From Polynucleobacter sp. MWH-P3-07-1 (GTDB lineage Bacteria > Pseudomonadota > Gammaproteobacteria > Burkholderiales > Burkholderiaceae): a stretch of DNA of 32,000 nt. A program made the translations under genes and the position numbers. Positions within the stretch are counted from its first letter, which is position 1. Each line of letters opens with the position of its first letter. Positions 1 to 9,489 of this stretch are shown piece after piece. The notes under the pieces were generated by a model. It was not told the DNA's origin, searched no databases, and worked only from the letters and a program-made list of their open reading frames with translations. The stretch spans positions 1,285,983-1,317,982 of the forward strand of contig NZ_CP061296.1 in NCBI RefSeq assembly GCF_018687555.1, in the 5' to 3' direction.

Positions 1-572
1 GCGACATCAAGCCCAACACTTTTGGCATATACCGCACCAGCTCCAAAAATAAGCACCGGGACATAAAGAGGTAAAACGAGCAGACTCATCAGCGCCCCGC
101 CTCCCCGCAGCCCCAAAGTCAATGCAGCACCAATTGACCCAATTAAGGAAAGCACTGGGGTGCCCAATAATAGGGTCAGCAATAGGGTTTCTAAAGAGGC
201 ATTGTCTAGATCAAACTGCAAGCCAATCATGGGCGCCAATATCAACAGTGGCAATCCACAAACTAGCCAGTGAGCCGTGATCTTTCCCAAAACCAGTACG
301 ACGAATGAGCGGGGCGATAAAGCCAATTGCTCTAAAGTTCCATCAAGATAGTCACTCGCAAAAAGCCTTTGAAGGCCTAGTAAGGTAGCCAATAAGGCCG
401 ATACCCAAATCACCCCTGGTGCGATTTTGCGCAGCAAAGCCGTATCCGCTCCAATACCAAGGGGAAACAAGCTAGTCACAATCACAAAGAAAAATAAGGC
501 GGTCAGCACCTCACTCTTGCGGCGCATGACTAACAACAAATCCCGATGAACCATCACGAAGAAAGCATTCAT
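1..572 (-). CDS. ccmB: heme exporter permease CcmB (C-terminus cut by window edge)
   Basis: Absent from the ORF track because it has no stop in the window. My minus-strand translation from the ATG at 572-570 reads MNAFFVMVHRDLLLVMRRKSEVLTALFFFVIVTSLFPLGIG...IAPGVIWVSALLATLL...LLLGTPVLSLIG, colinear with CcmB. Its ATG overlaps the ccmA stop (ATGA at 569-572). Confidence 0.85.
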   Translation of the reverse strand, partial: MNAFFVMVHRDLLLVMRRKSEVLTALFFFVIVTSLFPLGIGADTALLRKIAPGVIWVSALLATLLGLQRLFASDYLDGTLEQLALSPRSFVVLVLGKITAHWLVCGLPLLILAPMIGLQFDLDNASLETLLLTLLLGTPVLSLIGSIGAALTLGLRGGGALMSLLVLPLYVPVLIFGAGAVYAKSVGLDV

Positions 573-1213
573 AGTTGCAAAGCCCTTGATCCAGTAATGC
601 TGATCTCTTGGTGACCAGTGAAGATGGTCATTCCACCTTGAGATAGATGCCGCTCAATCAGCTGAACCAATAATTGCACTCCTTGAAAATCAAGCGCATT
701 AAAAGGCTCGTCTAATATCCATAGAGGTGCTCTGCGCATGGCAATCCGCGCTAGTACTATCCGCTTTTTTTGACCTGCTGATAAATAATGCACTGGTAGA
801 TCTTCCCGCTCCCGCAAGCCAAACTGCCACAAGCATTGCAAAGCAGTCTCGTGACTCAAATCGACTTTAGCGAGCGCCGCATACATCATCAGATTTTCCA
901 AGGCACTCAAATCTTCTTTTAAGGCATCACGATGGCCCAGAAAGCAAAGTCCCTGATGGAAATTATCTAGATTGTTTTTGATATTCGCTGCATTCCAGAT
1001 CACTTCGCCCTGCTCTGGCTGCGCAAGTCCCACCAATAATCGGAGGAGGCTAGTTTTACCAACGCCGTTCTCACCTTTCACATGCAAACAATCGCCTGAA
1101 CTTAGAGCAAAACTCAGATTGGCAAAAAGTGTTTGCTCACCTCGAACACAGCTCAGATCCTTCGCTTGCAAGCTCTGGGAAGTAAAAGGGGGGTGAGAAA
1201 TATAAGCTGTCAT
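569..1213 (-). CDS. ccmA: heme ABC exporter ATP-binding protein CcmA
   Basis: 214 aa with Walker A GENGVGKTS, ABC signature LSAGQKKR and Walker B LWILDEP. Translationally coupled to ccmB. Confidence 0.9.
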   Translation of the reverse strand: MTAYISHPPFTSQSLQAKDLSCVRGEQTLFANLSFALSSGDCLHVKGENGVGKTSLLRLLVGLAQPEQGEVIWNAANIKNNLDNFHQGLCFLGHRDALKEDLSALENLMMYAALAKVDLSHETALQCLWQFGLREREDLPVHYLSAGQKKRIVLARIAMRRAPLWILDEPFNALDFQGVQLLVQLIERHLSQGGMTIFTGHQEISITGSRALQL

Positions 1214-1299
1214 AGAACAATGGCTTGAAACAAAATTTTCAGAATATTGTCTTTTATTTCAAGTATTTAAAGAATTATAGACGCAAGCCCTAGATATGA

Positions 1300-1323
1300 A
1301 AAAACCACCCGTAGGTGGTTTTT
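1300..1323 (-). terminator. rho-independent terminator after the YceI gene
   Basis: AAAAACCACC / GGTGGTTTTT 10-bp stem with a 4-nt loop (CGTA). On the minus strand a T-run follows, 20 nt downstream of the stop at 1343. Confidence 0.7.
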
Positions 1324-1342
1324 AAGCTTGAGCTAGCCAGAC

Positions 1343-1918
1343 TTATTCAGCCTTTACAGCCTCAATCGCAATCGCGATGGTAACTTCGTCGCCAACATTC
1401 GGAACGTACTTGGCCATATTGAAATCACTACGCTTTACTTTGGTCTCAGCATTTGCGCCGCAGACATCTTTACCAGACATCGGGTGCTTTTTGCACTCAA
1501 AATGGGTAATCGCCAAGGTAACTGGCTTGCTTACGCCCTTCAAAGTCAAAACGCCCTTCAATGCACTAGGTTTATCCCCTTTAAACACCATCTGGTCAGC
1601 TTGGAAAGTTGCGGTTGGGAACTGAGTAGTTGATAAAAAATCTTCACTCTGGATGTGCCCATTAAATACATTGGAACCAGTATCGACTGACTTGGTATCA
1701 ATCGTAATATCAGCGCTTCCTTTTTTAGCAGCCTGATCAATTGTGACTGTACCGGTGACAGTATTGAAACGGCTAGTCTGAATCGAGAAACCGAGGTGGT
1801 TATAAGAGAACTGAGCGAATGTATGGTTTGGCTCAGCAGTATAAGTAGCTGGAGCAGCAAACGCTGTCACTGTTAAACCGAGAGTCGCCACAAGGGCAAC
1901 GAGTAATTTAGATTTCAT
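1343..1918 (-). CDS. YceI-family periplasmic polyisoprenoid-binding protein
   Basis: 191 aa with a signal peptide (MKSKLLVALVATLGLTVTAFA) and the YceI-like block TYTAEPNHTFAQFSYNHLGFSIQTSRFNTVTGTVTID. Confidence 0.85.
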   Translation of the reverse strand: MKSKLLVALVATLGLTVTAFAAPATYTAEPNHTFAQFSYNHLGFSIQTSRFNTVTGTVTIDQAAKKGSADITIDTKSVDTGSNVFNGHIQSEDFLSTTQFPTATFQADQMVFKGDKPSALKGVLTLKGVSKPVTLAITHFECKKHPMSGKDVCGANAETKVKRSDFNMAKYVPNVGDEVTIAIAIEAVKAE

Positions 1919-1945
1919 TGATTTCTCCGTGATTAAAAAATACTA

Positions 1946-2521
1946 CTAATTAGAATTTAAGACTAAATGGACTTTAACGGGCACCTCATTAGCAACCGCA
2001 GAGGTATCTGCCCAATTTCCCGCTCCTAAACCATAATCCAGTCTAAGCAGCTGAAATGACGAATCAAAGACGATTTTTTTGCCCTGCACCTGGTAGCTTG
2101 CCGACATCGTCAAAGGCATTGCCTTGCCCTTAATTGTCAACTTACCGGCAATCTCCAGTCGGTTATTGCCTAAGTTTTTAACTGAATCGCTCACAAAATT
2201 AGCGCTTGGAAAACTTTTGGTATTAAACCAATCCTTACCTCGAGCCTCTTCTTGCAAATCATCCCCACCTGCATTAAAGCTAGCAATCTCAATGACTAAA
2301 TTGGCTTTGGCTTTTTCTGCTTGCTCGGGATTGAAATCCACCTTGCCAGAAAACCTACTAAAGCCGCCATTGAGGTTTGAGCCCATCAACTTCGTTGTAA
2401 AGGTAATCTTACTTTTGGCTACATCGATAGAATGAAATTCAGTTGCCTGAGCGGGCAATATAAAACCACATAAGAATAATGTTGTACTGAATACTGCAAA
2501 ACCAGTAAAAAACTTTTTCAT
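1946..2521 (-). CDS. YceI-family protein (second paralog)
   Basis: 191 aa with a signal peptide and ITFTTKLMGSNLNGGFSRFSGKVDF. Overlaps the cytochrome b561 stop by 4 nt. Confidence 0.8.
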   Translation of the reverse strand: MKKFFTGFAVFSTTLFLCGFILPAQATEFHSIDVAKSKITFTTKLMGSNLNGGFSRFSGKVDFNPEQAEKAKANLVIEIASFNAGGDDLQEEARGKDWFNTKSFPSANFVSDSVKNLGNNRLEIAGKLTIKGKAMPLTMSASYQVQGKKIVFDSSFQLLRLDYGLGAGNWADTSAVANEVPVKVHLVLNSN

Positions 2522-3075
2522 GCAGCATCCCTCTTGTTCGATGACTTACAGAATGACATTCGAGTAATTAGGCCATCCTTATCAATAAACTGATGCTTCA
2601 AAGCAGCCAGCACATGAAGGGCAACCAAAATCATCAAGCCATCAGCTAAAAAGGCATGCAAATCTTCTAGCTGCTCGGCTAGAGCCTTATCTTTTGACAC
2701 GAGATCTGGCAATTCAAATAGGCCAAAGTAGTTCACTGTATAGCCGTGAGCAGAACTCATTAACCAACCGACTACGGGAATAGTAAACATCAAAATATAC
2801 AGAGCCCAATGTGTGAAGACCATGGTGCGCTCTTGCCACTTAGGCATCACGATATGGAGTTCAGGTGCTGGATGGGTCAGGCGCCAAACGATGCGCAATA
2901 AGACTAAAAATAAGATCGTGATTCCAATCCACTTATGCCAACTAAAACTCACAATTCGATCCGGCCCCAAAGGCAAATCTACAGCAAGCGTTCCGATAGT
3001 CCAGACCACAACAATTAAAATTGCCATGACCCAGTGAATCAGAATGGCGGGAGTGGTGTAGCGTTCGCGTTCCAT
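2518..3075 (-). CDS. cytochrome b561 family protein (CybB-like)
   Basis: 185 aa with four hydrophobic helices carrying His residues (ILIHWVMAILIVV, FSWHKWIG, FTHWALY, ALHVLAALKH). Sits in the classic b561-YceI operon context. Confidence 0.85.
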   Translation of the reverse strand: MERERYTTPAILIHWVMAILIVVVWTIGTLAVDLPLGPDRIVSFSWHKWIGITILFLVLLRIVWRLTHPAPELHIVMPKWQERTMVFTHWALYILMFTIPVVGWLMSSAHGYTVNYFGLFELPDLVSKDKALAEQLEDLHAFLADGLMILVALHVLAALKHQFIDKDGLITRMSFCKSSNKRDAA

Positions 3076-3081
3076 GCTGAT

Positions 3082-3735
3082 TTACTCCTTTGGCTTACTA
3101 CTTTGCGGCGCTTTCTTGGGCAATGAAGCCAAAGTAGAGGCATCATTTAATTGCTGGTCGACTAAATAAAGTGTGCCACCGTAATTCGCTTGCAAATCAT
3201 AGCCAGATAACCCGACGGTATAAAATGTAATATCGGGATTAAAGGAGCGAATTGTGCCGCCCGAACCTGCAGAGAAATTAGCAGCGATATCAATGCCGCC
3301 TTTCTGGCCATCTATGGAAGTCAGCAAAAACTCATCAATTGATCCAGGGGTTTTAAAGAAGGCGATTTGATATTGATCTTGATAGCCCGCACCGACGCCC
3401 TCACCAGTTTTTAGGGCATTCATGAAGATCGGCTCTTTGCGACGTTTATCAAAGAGCACTCCCTGTCCTCTTGCGACTACAACCAAAACTACATTGATAT
3501 TGGTAGTGCTGAATACCGCGTATCCAGCAGATTTAGCGGCGAGATCTTTTACCTTAGGGTTCTGCTTAATCAGCGCATCTAAGCCAGTTTGCGCCATCTT
3601 CAATCTGGCCTCGCGCATTTGATTAATCTGCGCTGGCGTTAGAGGCTCTCCATTATTACCAGTAGACTGGCAGCCCGCCAGCAACATCGATAAAACCAAT
3701 AAGAACGTTGTCAGTTTTTTCATAAACCTAATCAT
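3082..3735 (-). CDS. lipoprotein, possibly SYLF/DUF500-like
   Basis: 217 aa with lipobox LLAGC. The Gly-rich beta blocks (ARGQGVLF, GEGVGAGYQ) are reminiscent of SYLF, but the family assignment is tentative. Confidence 0.55.
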   Translation of the reverse strand: MIRFMKKLTTFLLVLSMLLAGCQSTGNNGEPLTPAQINQMREARLKMAQTGLDALIKQNPKVKDLAAKSAGYAVFSTTNINVVLVVVARGQGVLFDKRRKEPIFMNALKTGEGVGAGYQDQYQIAFFKTPGSIDEFLLTSIDGQKGGIDIAANFSAGSGGTIRSFNPDITFYTVGLSGYDLQANYGGTLYLVDQQLNDASTLASLPKKAPQSSKPKE

Positions 3736-3747
3736 TGCATCAATACA

Positions 3748-4230
3748 TTAATAAACCCTAGGGACGAGTTTAGCAGTGCGTCTTTGATACTCTGCGTACT
3801 CAGGGTAAACCTGCCCCATCCAATACTCTTCCTGCCTAGACTTCACCTCAAAGAAAATCATCACAGCAATGAACTCAACCAGGGTCAATACAGCTTGAGT
3901 ATGCAAAAACCAAGCTAAAGCCATCAAAATCACCCCCAAGTAGATGGGATGGCGCACATAGGCATATAAGCCAGTTTGAATAAGTTCACCATGTTCTACT
4001 GGCATAGGCAAAGGTGTCAGATTCCGCTTGAGCTGTATGGCAGCAACAATAGCAATCAGAACACCTAGCGGAAAGAGGATCAAAGCAATCATCTTTAAGA
4101 TCTCGCTTACGATCTGAGAAAGCGAGAGGATGCCCCACCAGTCTGTAGGCCCCAGAAAAAGTATCCCCAAAAGACCAGCTTGGATCAAAACGTAAGTAAC
4201 GCCATTTTGGAATAATTTTTTAATACTCAT
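3748..4230 (-). CDS. isoprenylcysteine carboxyl / phospholipid methyltransferase family membrane protein
   Basis: 160 aa, polytopic, with the motif GLYAYVRHPIYLGVILMALAW typical of the ICMT/PEMT family. Confidence 0.75.
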   Translation of the reverse strand: MSIKKLFQNGVTYVLIQAGLLGILFLGPTDWWGILSLSQIVSEILKMIALILFPLGVLIAIVAAIQLKRNLTPLPMPVEHGELIQTGLYAYVRHPIYLGVILMALAWFLHTQAVLTLVEFIAVMIFFEVKSRQEEYWMGQVYPEYAEYQRRTAKLVPRVY

Positions 4231-4247
4231 GAAGCTCTCTCAATCTA

Positions 4248-4285
4248 AAAACAAAAAAGCCCCACTGGATTGCGAGGCTTTTTTA
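4248..4285 (-). terminator. rho-independent terminator after qor
   Basis: The minus strand reads AAAAAAGCCTC-GCAATCCAGT-GGGGCTTTTTTGTTTTT. The stem has 6 bp (one G.U), the loop is 10 nt, and a long T-run follows. Confidence 0.7.
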
Positions 4286-4306
4286 TATTGACAAACTCTC
4301 TAGTGC

Positions 4307-5287
4307 CTAAGGGATCATGATGATGGCACCAGACACTTTTCTTCCTTCTGCAGCTCGGTGCGCATCAGCTGCTTGCTCAAGCGAAAACTGAGCGCCAATT
4401 TGAACTTTGACCGCGCCACTCTGAATTGCGTCAAAGACATCTTTTGCATTTTCTTGAAGCAAGGCAGCTGTCGCATTGTGAGGAAAGACGGATGGTCTAG
4501 TTAAAAACAGACAGCCCTTCTTGTTCAAAATCTCCGGGTTGATATCTGGTGCAGGACCAGAAGCAGCACCAAAGAGCGCCACCGTTCCAAAAGGCGCAGT
4601 GCAATCTAAAGATCCCAGGAAGGTAGTCTTGGCAACAGAGTCATAAACGACATTAGCCTTACGACCACCAGTTGCCTTAATCACCTCCTCTACCCAATTC
4701 GGCTTGGAGTAGTCCACAACAGCATCGCAGCCCGCTGCCTTTGCTGCGGCAAACTTCGCTTCTGAGCCAACGGTGCCCACTACAAAAGCTCCTAAAGCCT
4801 TAGCCCAGCCTGCCAAAATCTGCCCAACACCACCGGCAGCAGCATGAACTAATACGACATCACCTGCTTTGACTTTATACGTTTTCTTTACCAAGTACTG
4901 CGCTGTCATTGCCTTGAAAAATACTGCAGCGGCCACTTCATCAGAAACCCCCTCAGGGATATGAACTAATTTTTCAGCAGAGACATTACGTAAGCTTGTA
5001 TATGCACCAATGCCAGCATTAATGTACATCACGCGATCGCCAACTTTGAAACCATTCACACCTTGACCAAGTGCTTCTACTACACCAGCAGCCTCATGAC
5101 CCAAACCTGTTGGCAGCTCTAAAGGGTACATACCCGAGCGCTGATAAATATCGATGAAATTAAAGCCAACCGCGGTCTGACGAATTTGTACTTCACCTGC
5201 TGCGGGAGCGGGAAGCTCCTTGTCAATCAATTCAATCACTTCAGCACCACCATGCTTTGCAAGACTAACCATTCGAGCTGTTGCCAC
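4307..5287 (-). CDS. qor: NADPH:quinone oxidoreductase (zeta-crystallin / MDR family)
   Basis: 326 aa with the nucleotide-binding motif AAAGGVGQ and an MDR N-terminal GroES-like region (GHEAAGVVEALG). Confidence 0.88.
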   Translation of the reverse strand: MATARMVSLAKHGGAEVIELIDKELPAPAAGEVQIRQTAVGFNFIDIYQRSGMYPLELPTGLGHEAAGVVEALGQGVNGFKVGDRVMYINAGIGAYTSLRNVSAEKLVHIPEGVSDEVAAAVFFKAMTAQYLVKKTYKVKAGDVVLVHAAAGGVGQILAGWAKALGAFVVGTVGSEAKFAAAKAAGCDAVVDYSKPNWVEEVIKATGGRKANVVYDSVAKTTFLGSLDCTAPFGTVALFGAASGPAPDINPEILNKKGCLFLTRPSVFPHNATAALLQENAKDVFDAIQSGAVKVQIGAQFSLEQAADAHRAAEGRKVSGAIIMIP

Positions 5288-5341
5288 ACGTCACCTCATT
5301 ATTATTTTGTTAAGTAAACATCATAGCGTAAGACTTTCGCC

Positions 5342-6043
5342 TTACTGTGCCAAGTCAAATACCAAGACCTCAGCATTGCGTCCATTGCTCAGTTGAATTT
5401 CATGCTCTTGAGCAAGATAAGCTGCATCACCACTTTGAAGCGCTTTGCCATTGACGGTGAGTTCGCCCTTAACTAAGTGAACATAGGCCTTACGGGATGG
5501 ATCTATTGTCAAGCTAGCCGACTCAGCTCCATCAAATAAGCCAGCATATAACTTGGCATCGGCATGAATCACAACTGAATCTTTTTCTCCATTGGTCGAG
5601 GCTACTAAACGCAATTTGCCGCGCTTTTCTATCTCTGGAACCGTTTTTTGCTCATAGCCTGGAGGGATGCCTTTTACATTTGGCTCAATCCAAATCTGCA
5701 GGAGATGGGTTTGCTTACCTTCAGCATGGTTGAACTCACTATGCACTACCCCGGTACCGGCACTCATTCTTTGCACATCGCCAGGAGGGATTCCTTTGAT
5801 ATTGCCCATGCTATCTTTGTGAGCCAATTCCCCTTCAACGACATAACTAATAATTTCCATGTCGCGATGGCCATGATCGCCAAAACCACGTCCAGCCTCA
5901 ATCCAGTCCTCATTAATGACTCTTAAATTACCCCAACCCATAAATTGAGGATCGTAATAGTTAGCAAAAGAGAAGGAGTGGAAGCTTTTTAACCAGCCGT
6001 GGTCTGCATAACCCCGTTCAGCCGATTTACGAATATTGATCAT
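5342..6043 (-). CDS. pirin family protein (YhhW-like)
   Basis: Cupin His motifs GFGDHGHRDMEIISYVVEGELAHKDSMGN and SAGTGVVHSE. I place the start at the internal ATG (MINIRKSAERGYADHGWL) because pirins begin there. The track ORF extends to 6079. Confidence 0.88.
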   Translation of the reverse strand: MINIRKSAERGYADHGWLKSFHSFSFANYYDPQFMGWGNLRVINEDWIEAGRGFGDHGHRDMEIISYVVEGELAHKDSMGNIKGIPPGDVQRMSAGTGVVHSEFNHAEGKQTHLLQIWIEPNVKGIPPGYEQKTVPEIEKRGKLRLVASTNGEKDSVVIHADAKLYAGLFDGAESASLTIDPSRKAYVHLVKGELTVNGKALQSGDAAYLAQEHEIQLSNGRNAEVLVFDLAQ

Positions 6044-6226
6044 TTGGTTAACCTTAAAACATGTTATTTCAGTGAACAACTATCCTACACCAAGGACCAA
6101 AATCTGGCTGAGGCCTGATTAGCCTTGTTTTAAATGCTCCTTCGACTCCCCAGCATCATCGGATTGTCATAATTGAATGGGAAACTTTGACCATATTCGA
6201 TTCCACAACCGATCGGGAGTGATGAG

Positions 6227-6649
6227 ATGCTCTACCAAATTATTCCTCTTGAAATGGGCTCCATCGTTGAGCGCGAGATTTATCGCAAATCCAATATGGA
6301 GATCAAATGTGGCCTAGTCTGGAAGCTGGGATCCGTCATTACTCCCCATAAGCCTACTTTCCTCAAAACCTATAACCCTGCTATTGGTATTTGTCTTGAG
6401 GATCTCAAGGGTGCAGAAATCAGCGATACCTATAACGGTGAAAAAGTGATCTATTTTTCGGAAACCGTTCCTGAGGATCTGCAAGAAGAATTAACCGATA
6501 TTTTTTATGGTATCTCCCGCAAATACTCCGGTCCGCATCAAGCTGTTTTTGAGGACCTGGATTGGTCTCTTGAAAAAGTAGAATCCTTCATCTTTGGACA
6601 GTTGGAAGTAAAAGAATTAAAAGAAGAGGATTTGGCTGCCTATAAATAA
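6227..6649 (+). CDS. hypothetical protein (acidic, 140 aa)
   Basis: ORF with a GGGAG Shine-Dalgarno about 8 nt upstream. No recognisable domain, and the start is uncertain. Confidence 0.5.
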   Translation: MLYQIIPLEMGSIVEREIYRKSNMEIKCGLVWKLGSVITPHKPTFLKTYNPAIGICLEDLKGAEISDTYNGEKVIYFSETVPEDLQEELTDIFYGISRKYSGPHQAVFEDLDWSLEKVESFIFGQLEVKELKEEDLAAYK

Positions 6650-6731
6650 GCAGTAGTAATTGGTTTTCTAAATCCAGTAGTCGTGCTATCGTCTTCTCGA
6701 TGCACTCCCTTTAGCCAATTTCGATACTAAT

Positions 6732-8342
6732 ATGACTCGCTACTTTGTTTGGAACGCCTCGGTCTTTCTTAGCATTCTGTTTGCTTATTTACTGTTAGCC
6801 GACCGTCAGACTCCCGTCATTTGGTATGGCCTCATTCTATTTTCCAGTCTCAGCATCATCGGGGCCCTCGATCAGATCCAGAAAAAACATGCCATTCTCC
6901 GCAACTATCCCGTCATAGGGCATTTGCGATTTTGGCTCGAATTCATCCGGCCTGAAATTCGACAGTACTTTGTCGAGTCGGATAGCGAAAAACTTCCCTT
7001 CTCTCGCAATCAACGGGCATTGGTTTATCAGCGCTCTAAAAATTTATCCGATCAACGTCCATTTGGCACAATCGATGATGTCTACAAACCCGGCTATGAA
7101 TGGCTGAATTATTCCAACGCGCCAATTACCGATGAGCTTCCAGATGACATCAGAATAGAGGTTGGGCAGCAAAGTTGCTCTCAGCCCTATTCCATTTCGT
7201 TATTTAATATTTCAGCGATGAGTTTTGGCTCTCTCTCAGCCAATGCAGTGCTAGCTCTAAACAAAGGCGCCAAACTTGGTGGCTTTGCACAAGATACCGG
7301 TGAGGGCTCAGTCTCTCCGTATCATAAGGTCTACGACGGCGATCTCATCTGGGAAATTGGCTCAGGCTACTTTGGCTGTCGTCAAGCAGATGGTCACTTC
7401 GATATTGAGAAGTTCACTCAAGTTGCGACCGACCCCCAAATCAAAATGATTGAGATCAAGTTATCTCAAGGCGCTAAACCAGGGCACGGCGGCATTTTGC
7501 CTGCAGCCAAAATTACTCCAGAGATCGCTCTTACGCGGGATGTGCCGATGGGAGTCGATTGCGTTTCACCAAGCAGGCATACGGCTTTTAATACCCCAGT
7601 CCAGATGTTGGAGTTTTTCTCTTTGTTACGTGAAAAATCCGGCGGTAAGCCAGTAGGCTTCAAGCTCTGCATTGGTAAACCCGAAGATTGGTTTGCCATT
7701 CTGAAGGCCATGATCGATACTCAATTAACACCAGACTTTATCGTAGTAGACGGTAGCGAAGGTGGGACAGGCGCCGCTCCTGTCGAGTTTATTGATCATA
7801 TTGGCATGCCAATGCGCGATAGCTTGCGCCTCATCCATGAAACTCTCATCGGCGCTAATTTACGTTCACGCATCAAGCTTGGCGCTGCAGGCAAAATCAT
7901 TTCCGCTTTTGATATCGTGCGCGCCTGTGCGATCGGTGCAGATTGGTGTAACTCAGCACGCGGCTTTATGTTTGCGATTGGTTGCATTCAGTCACGCACC
8001 TGCAATACGGATATGTGCCCCACTGGAGTCGCAACTCAAAACGCCCAAAGACAAAAAGCACTGGATCCTGTTGATAAAGGAACCCGGGTTTACCAATTCC
8101 ATAAAAATACAATGCATGCCCTTAAAGAAATTCTGGCTGCGGCAGCTATTCGACATCCCTCAGAGTTAAAGCCAGATCACATCATGCGCAGGGATGAAAA
8201 TGGAATTACTCAACCCTTCTCAAAACATTTACTTCACATAGCAGCAGGATCTTTATTGCAGAATGATCCAAGCAATGCATTTACAGGTGAGTATGCTTAT
8301 CTGATCAACGCTTGGAATGCGGCGAATGCGAAGAACTGGTAG
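6732..8342 (+). CDS. FMN-binding glutamate synthase family protein (GltB domain-2-like, membrane anchored)
   Basis: 536 aa with two N-terminal TM helices. Has the hallmark EIKLSQGAKPGHGGILP, the FMN-site motif VVDGSEGGTGAAP, and C-x-x-x-x-C-P-T-G-V-ATQ. Confidence 0.9.
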   Translation: MTRYFVWNASVFLSILFAYLLLADRQTPVIWYGLILFSSLSIIGALDQIQKKHAILRNYPVIGHLRFWLEFIRPEIRQYFVESDSEKLPFSRNQRALVYQRSKNLSDQRPFGTIDDVYKPGYEWLNYSNAPITDELPDDIRIEVGQQSCSQPYSISLFNISAMSFGSLSANAVLALNKGAKLGGFAQDTGEGSVSPYHKVYDGDLIWEIGSGYFGCRQADGHFDIEKFTQVATDPQIKMIEIKLSQGAKPGHGGILPAAKITPEIALTRDVPMGVDCVSPSRHTAFNTPVQMLEFFSLLREKSGGKPVGFKLCIGKPEDWFAILKAMIDTQLTPDFIVVDGSEGGTGAAPVEFIDHIGMPMRDSLRLIHETLIGANLRSRIKLGAAGKIISAFDIVRACAIGADWCNSARGFMFAIGCIQSRTCNTDMCPTGVATQNAQRQKALDPVDKGTRVYQFHKNTMHALKEILAAAAIRHPSELKPDHIMRRDENGITQPFSKHLLHIAAGSLLQNDPSNAFTGEYAYLINAWNAANAKNW

Positions 8343-8347
8343 GCGAC

Positions 8348-8899
8348 TTAACGCTTGTAGAAGCTAAGGGTTACCTCACCCAGGTAAATACCAAACTTGC
8401 TCATTTGGGCTTTATTGAGCATCACTTTGGGCGTCACTAAATACATCCAGTCATTGAACTGGACCTTGTAAACATCTTTATCTACTGGCAGCGCTAAGGT
8501 ATAGGTCCAATTGAGGGCATTGCCCGCAGACTCACCAATAGCCTCACCGACCACATCATCTGCCTTGCCAATATATTTACCTGGCGCTATCTCAGTTAAC
8601 TTCCAAATTCGCTTTTGCTTTGTCCCGTCAGAGTATTCAAAGCTTTCATCAAGAGTGCCCACCTTTTTCCCGTCGATCACCTCCCAATGGCATTGCATGA
8701 GAACGGTGAAACGCTTAACAACCTCCCCGCTACGATCAGTAAATATTCCGTAAGCATCCAGTGTGCCGTTAAAGTATTCAGATAAATCGAGCGTCGGCTT
8801 CTGACTGGCATAGTCAGTCACCTTAGGGCTCGCACAAGCTGACAAGAAACCAATCAGGCAGATGGCTAATAGTCGGTAGAAGATTTTCATGGTGCGCAA
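8348..8899 (-). CDS. DUF3833-family lipoprotein
   Basis: 183 aa with lipobox LSAC and the N-terminal block PTLDLSEYFNGTLDAYGIFTDRSGEVVKRF, which I recognise as DUF3833. Confidence 0.7.
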   Translation of the reverse strand: MRTMKIFYRLLAICLIGFLSACASPKVTDYASQKPTLDLSEYFNGTLDAYGIFTDRSGEVVKRFTVLMQCHWEVIDGKKVGTLDESFEYSDGTKQKRIWKLTEIAPGKYIGKADDVVGEAIGESAGNALNWTYTLALPVDKDVYKVQFNDWMYLVTPKVMLNKAQMSKFGIYLGEVTLSFYKR

Positions 8900-9444
8900 G
8901 GCTCGCTAAATAAAGGGGACAGACAATTCTGTCCCAGTAAGGTTTTACGTAATTTGGGTGAGCTGGTTTTATCGGAAAACCAAACTCCAAAAAAGGCTTT
9001 GGAGAAATCCTCACCTGAAACTTGAGCTAAGGGCTTTTGATTTAACAGAAAAGTAGTGCCTTGCTTTGGGACATAAACTGCAGTCAACATCGTGCCGGGC
9101 TCTACATTTGGAAAAATTTTTGCCAACTCTTTGCCCCACAAATCCGCTTGCTTCTCAGGAACCCCGGTCTTGATCATTTCATCCGCGGTTCGACTGGCCA
9201 ACGTATCCCGAGAAATGGAACGTTGATAGCGAATCTCTAGAGCAAACTCACTTGCATTGGGAGTGGCACTTCGATAGAGCGTGGCATCATAAATTGGCAA
9301 GCCCCAATACGTCAATCGACCAGTGCTCTGAACCTTGGCTTGATTAAGCAACTTATCCATATATAGAGCTTCATCAGCGTAGCCAGATCCAATTGCAGCC
9401 AAGAGCAACACGGCAGCACAAGAGGCTTTGAAAAACACTTTCAT
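8887..9444 (-). CDS. chalcone isomerase-like family protein
   Basis: 185 aa with a signal peptide and YWGLPIYDATLY plus FFGVWF blocks typical of bacterial CHI-like proteins. Overlaps the DUF3833 gene by 13 nt. Confidence 0.65.
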   Translation of the reverse strand: MKVFFKASCAAVLLLAAIGSGYADEALYMDKLLNQAKVQSTGRLTYWGLPIYDATLYRSATPNASEFALEIRYQRSISRDTLASRTADEMIKTGVPEKQADLWGKELAKIFPNVEPGTMLTAVYVPKQGTTFLLNQKPLAQVSGEDFSKAFFGVWFSDKTSSPKLRKTLLGQNCLSPLFSEPCAP

Positions 9445-9489
9445 GCAATCATCTTATTGCAAAAGGGTGTACGACGTATTACAGCCTGC

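Noticed and set aside
6044-6079. 12-codon N-terminal extension of the pirin ORF (MFTEITCFKVNQ)
   Set aside because: Pirin homologs start at the MI-x-RK-x-ERG position. The internal ATG at 6043 has a plausible AAGG upstream.
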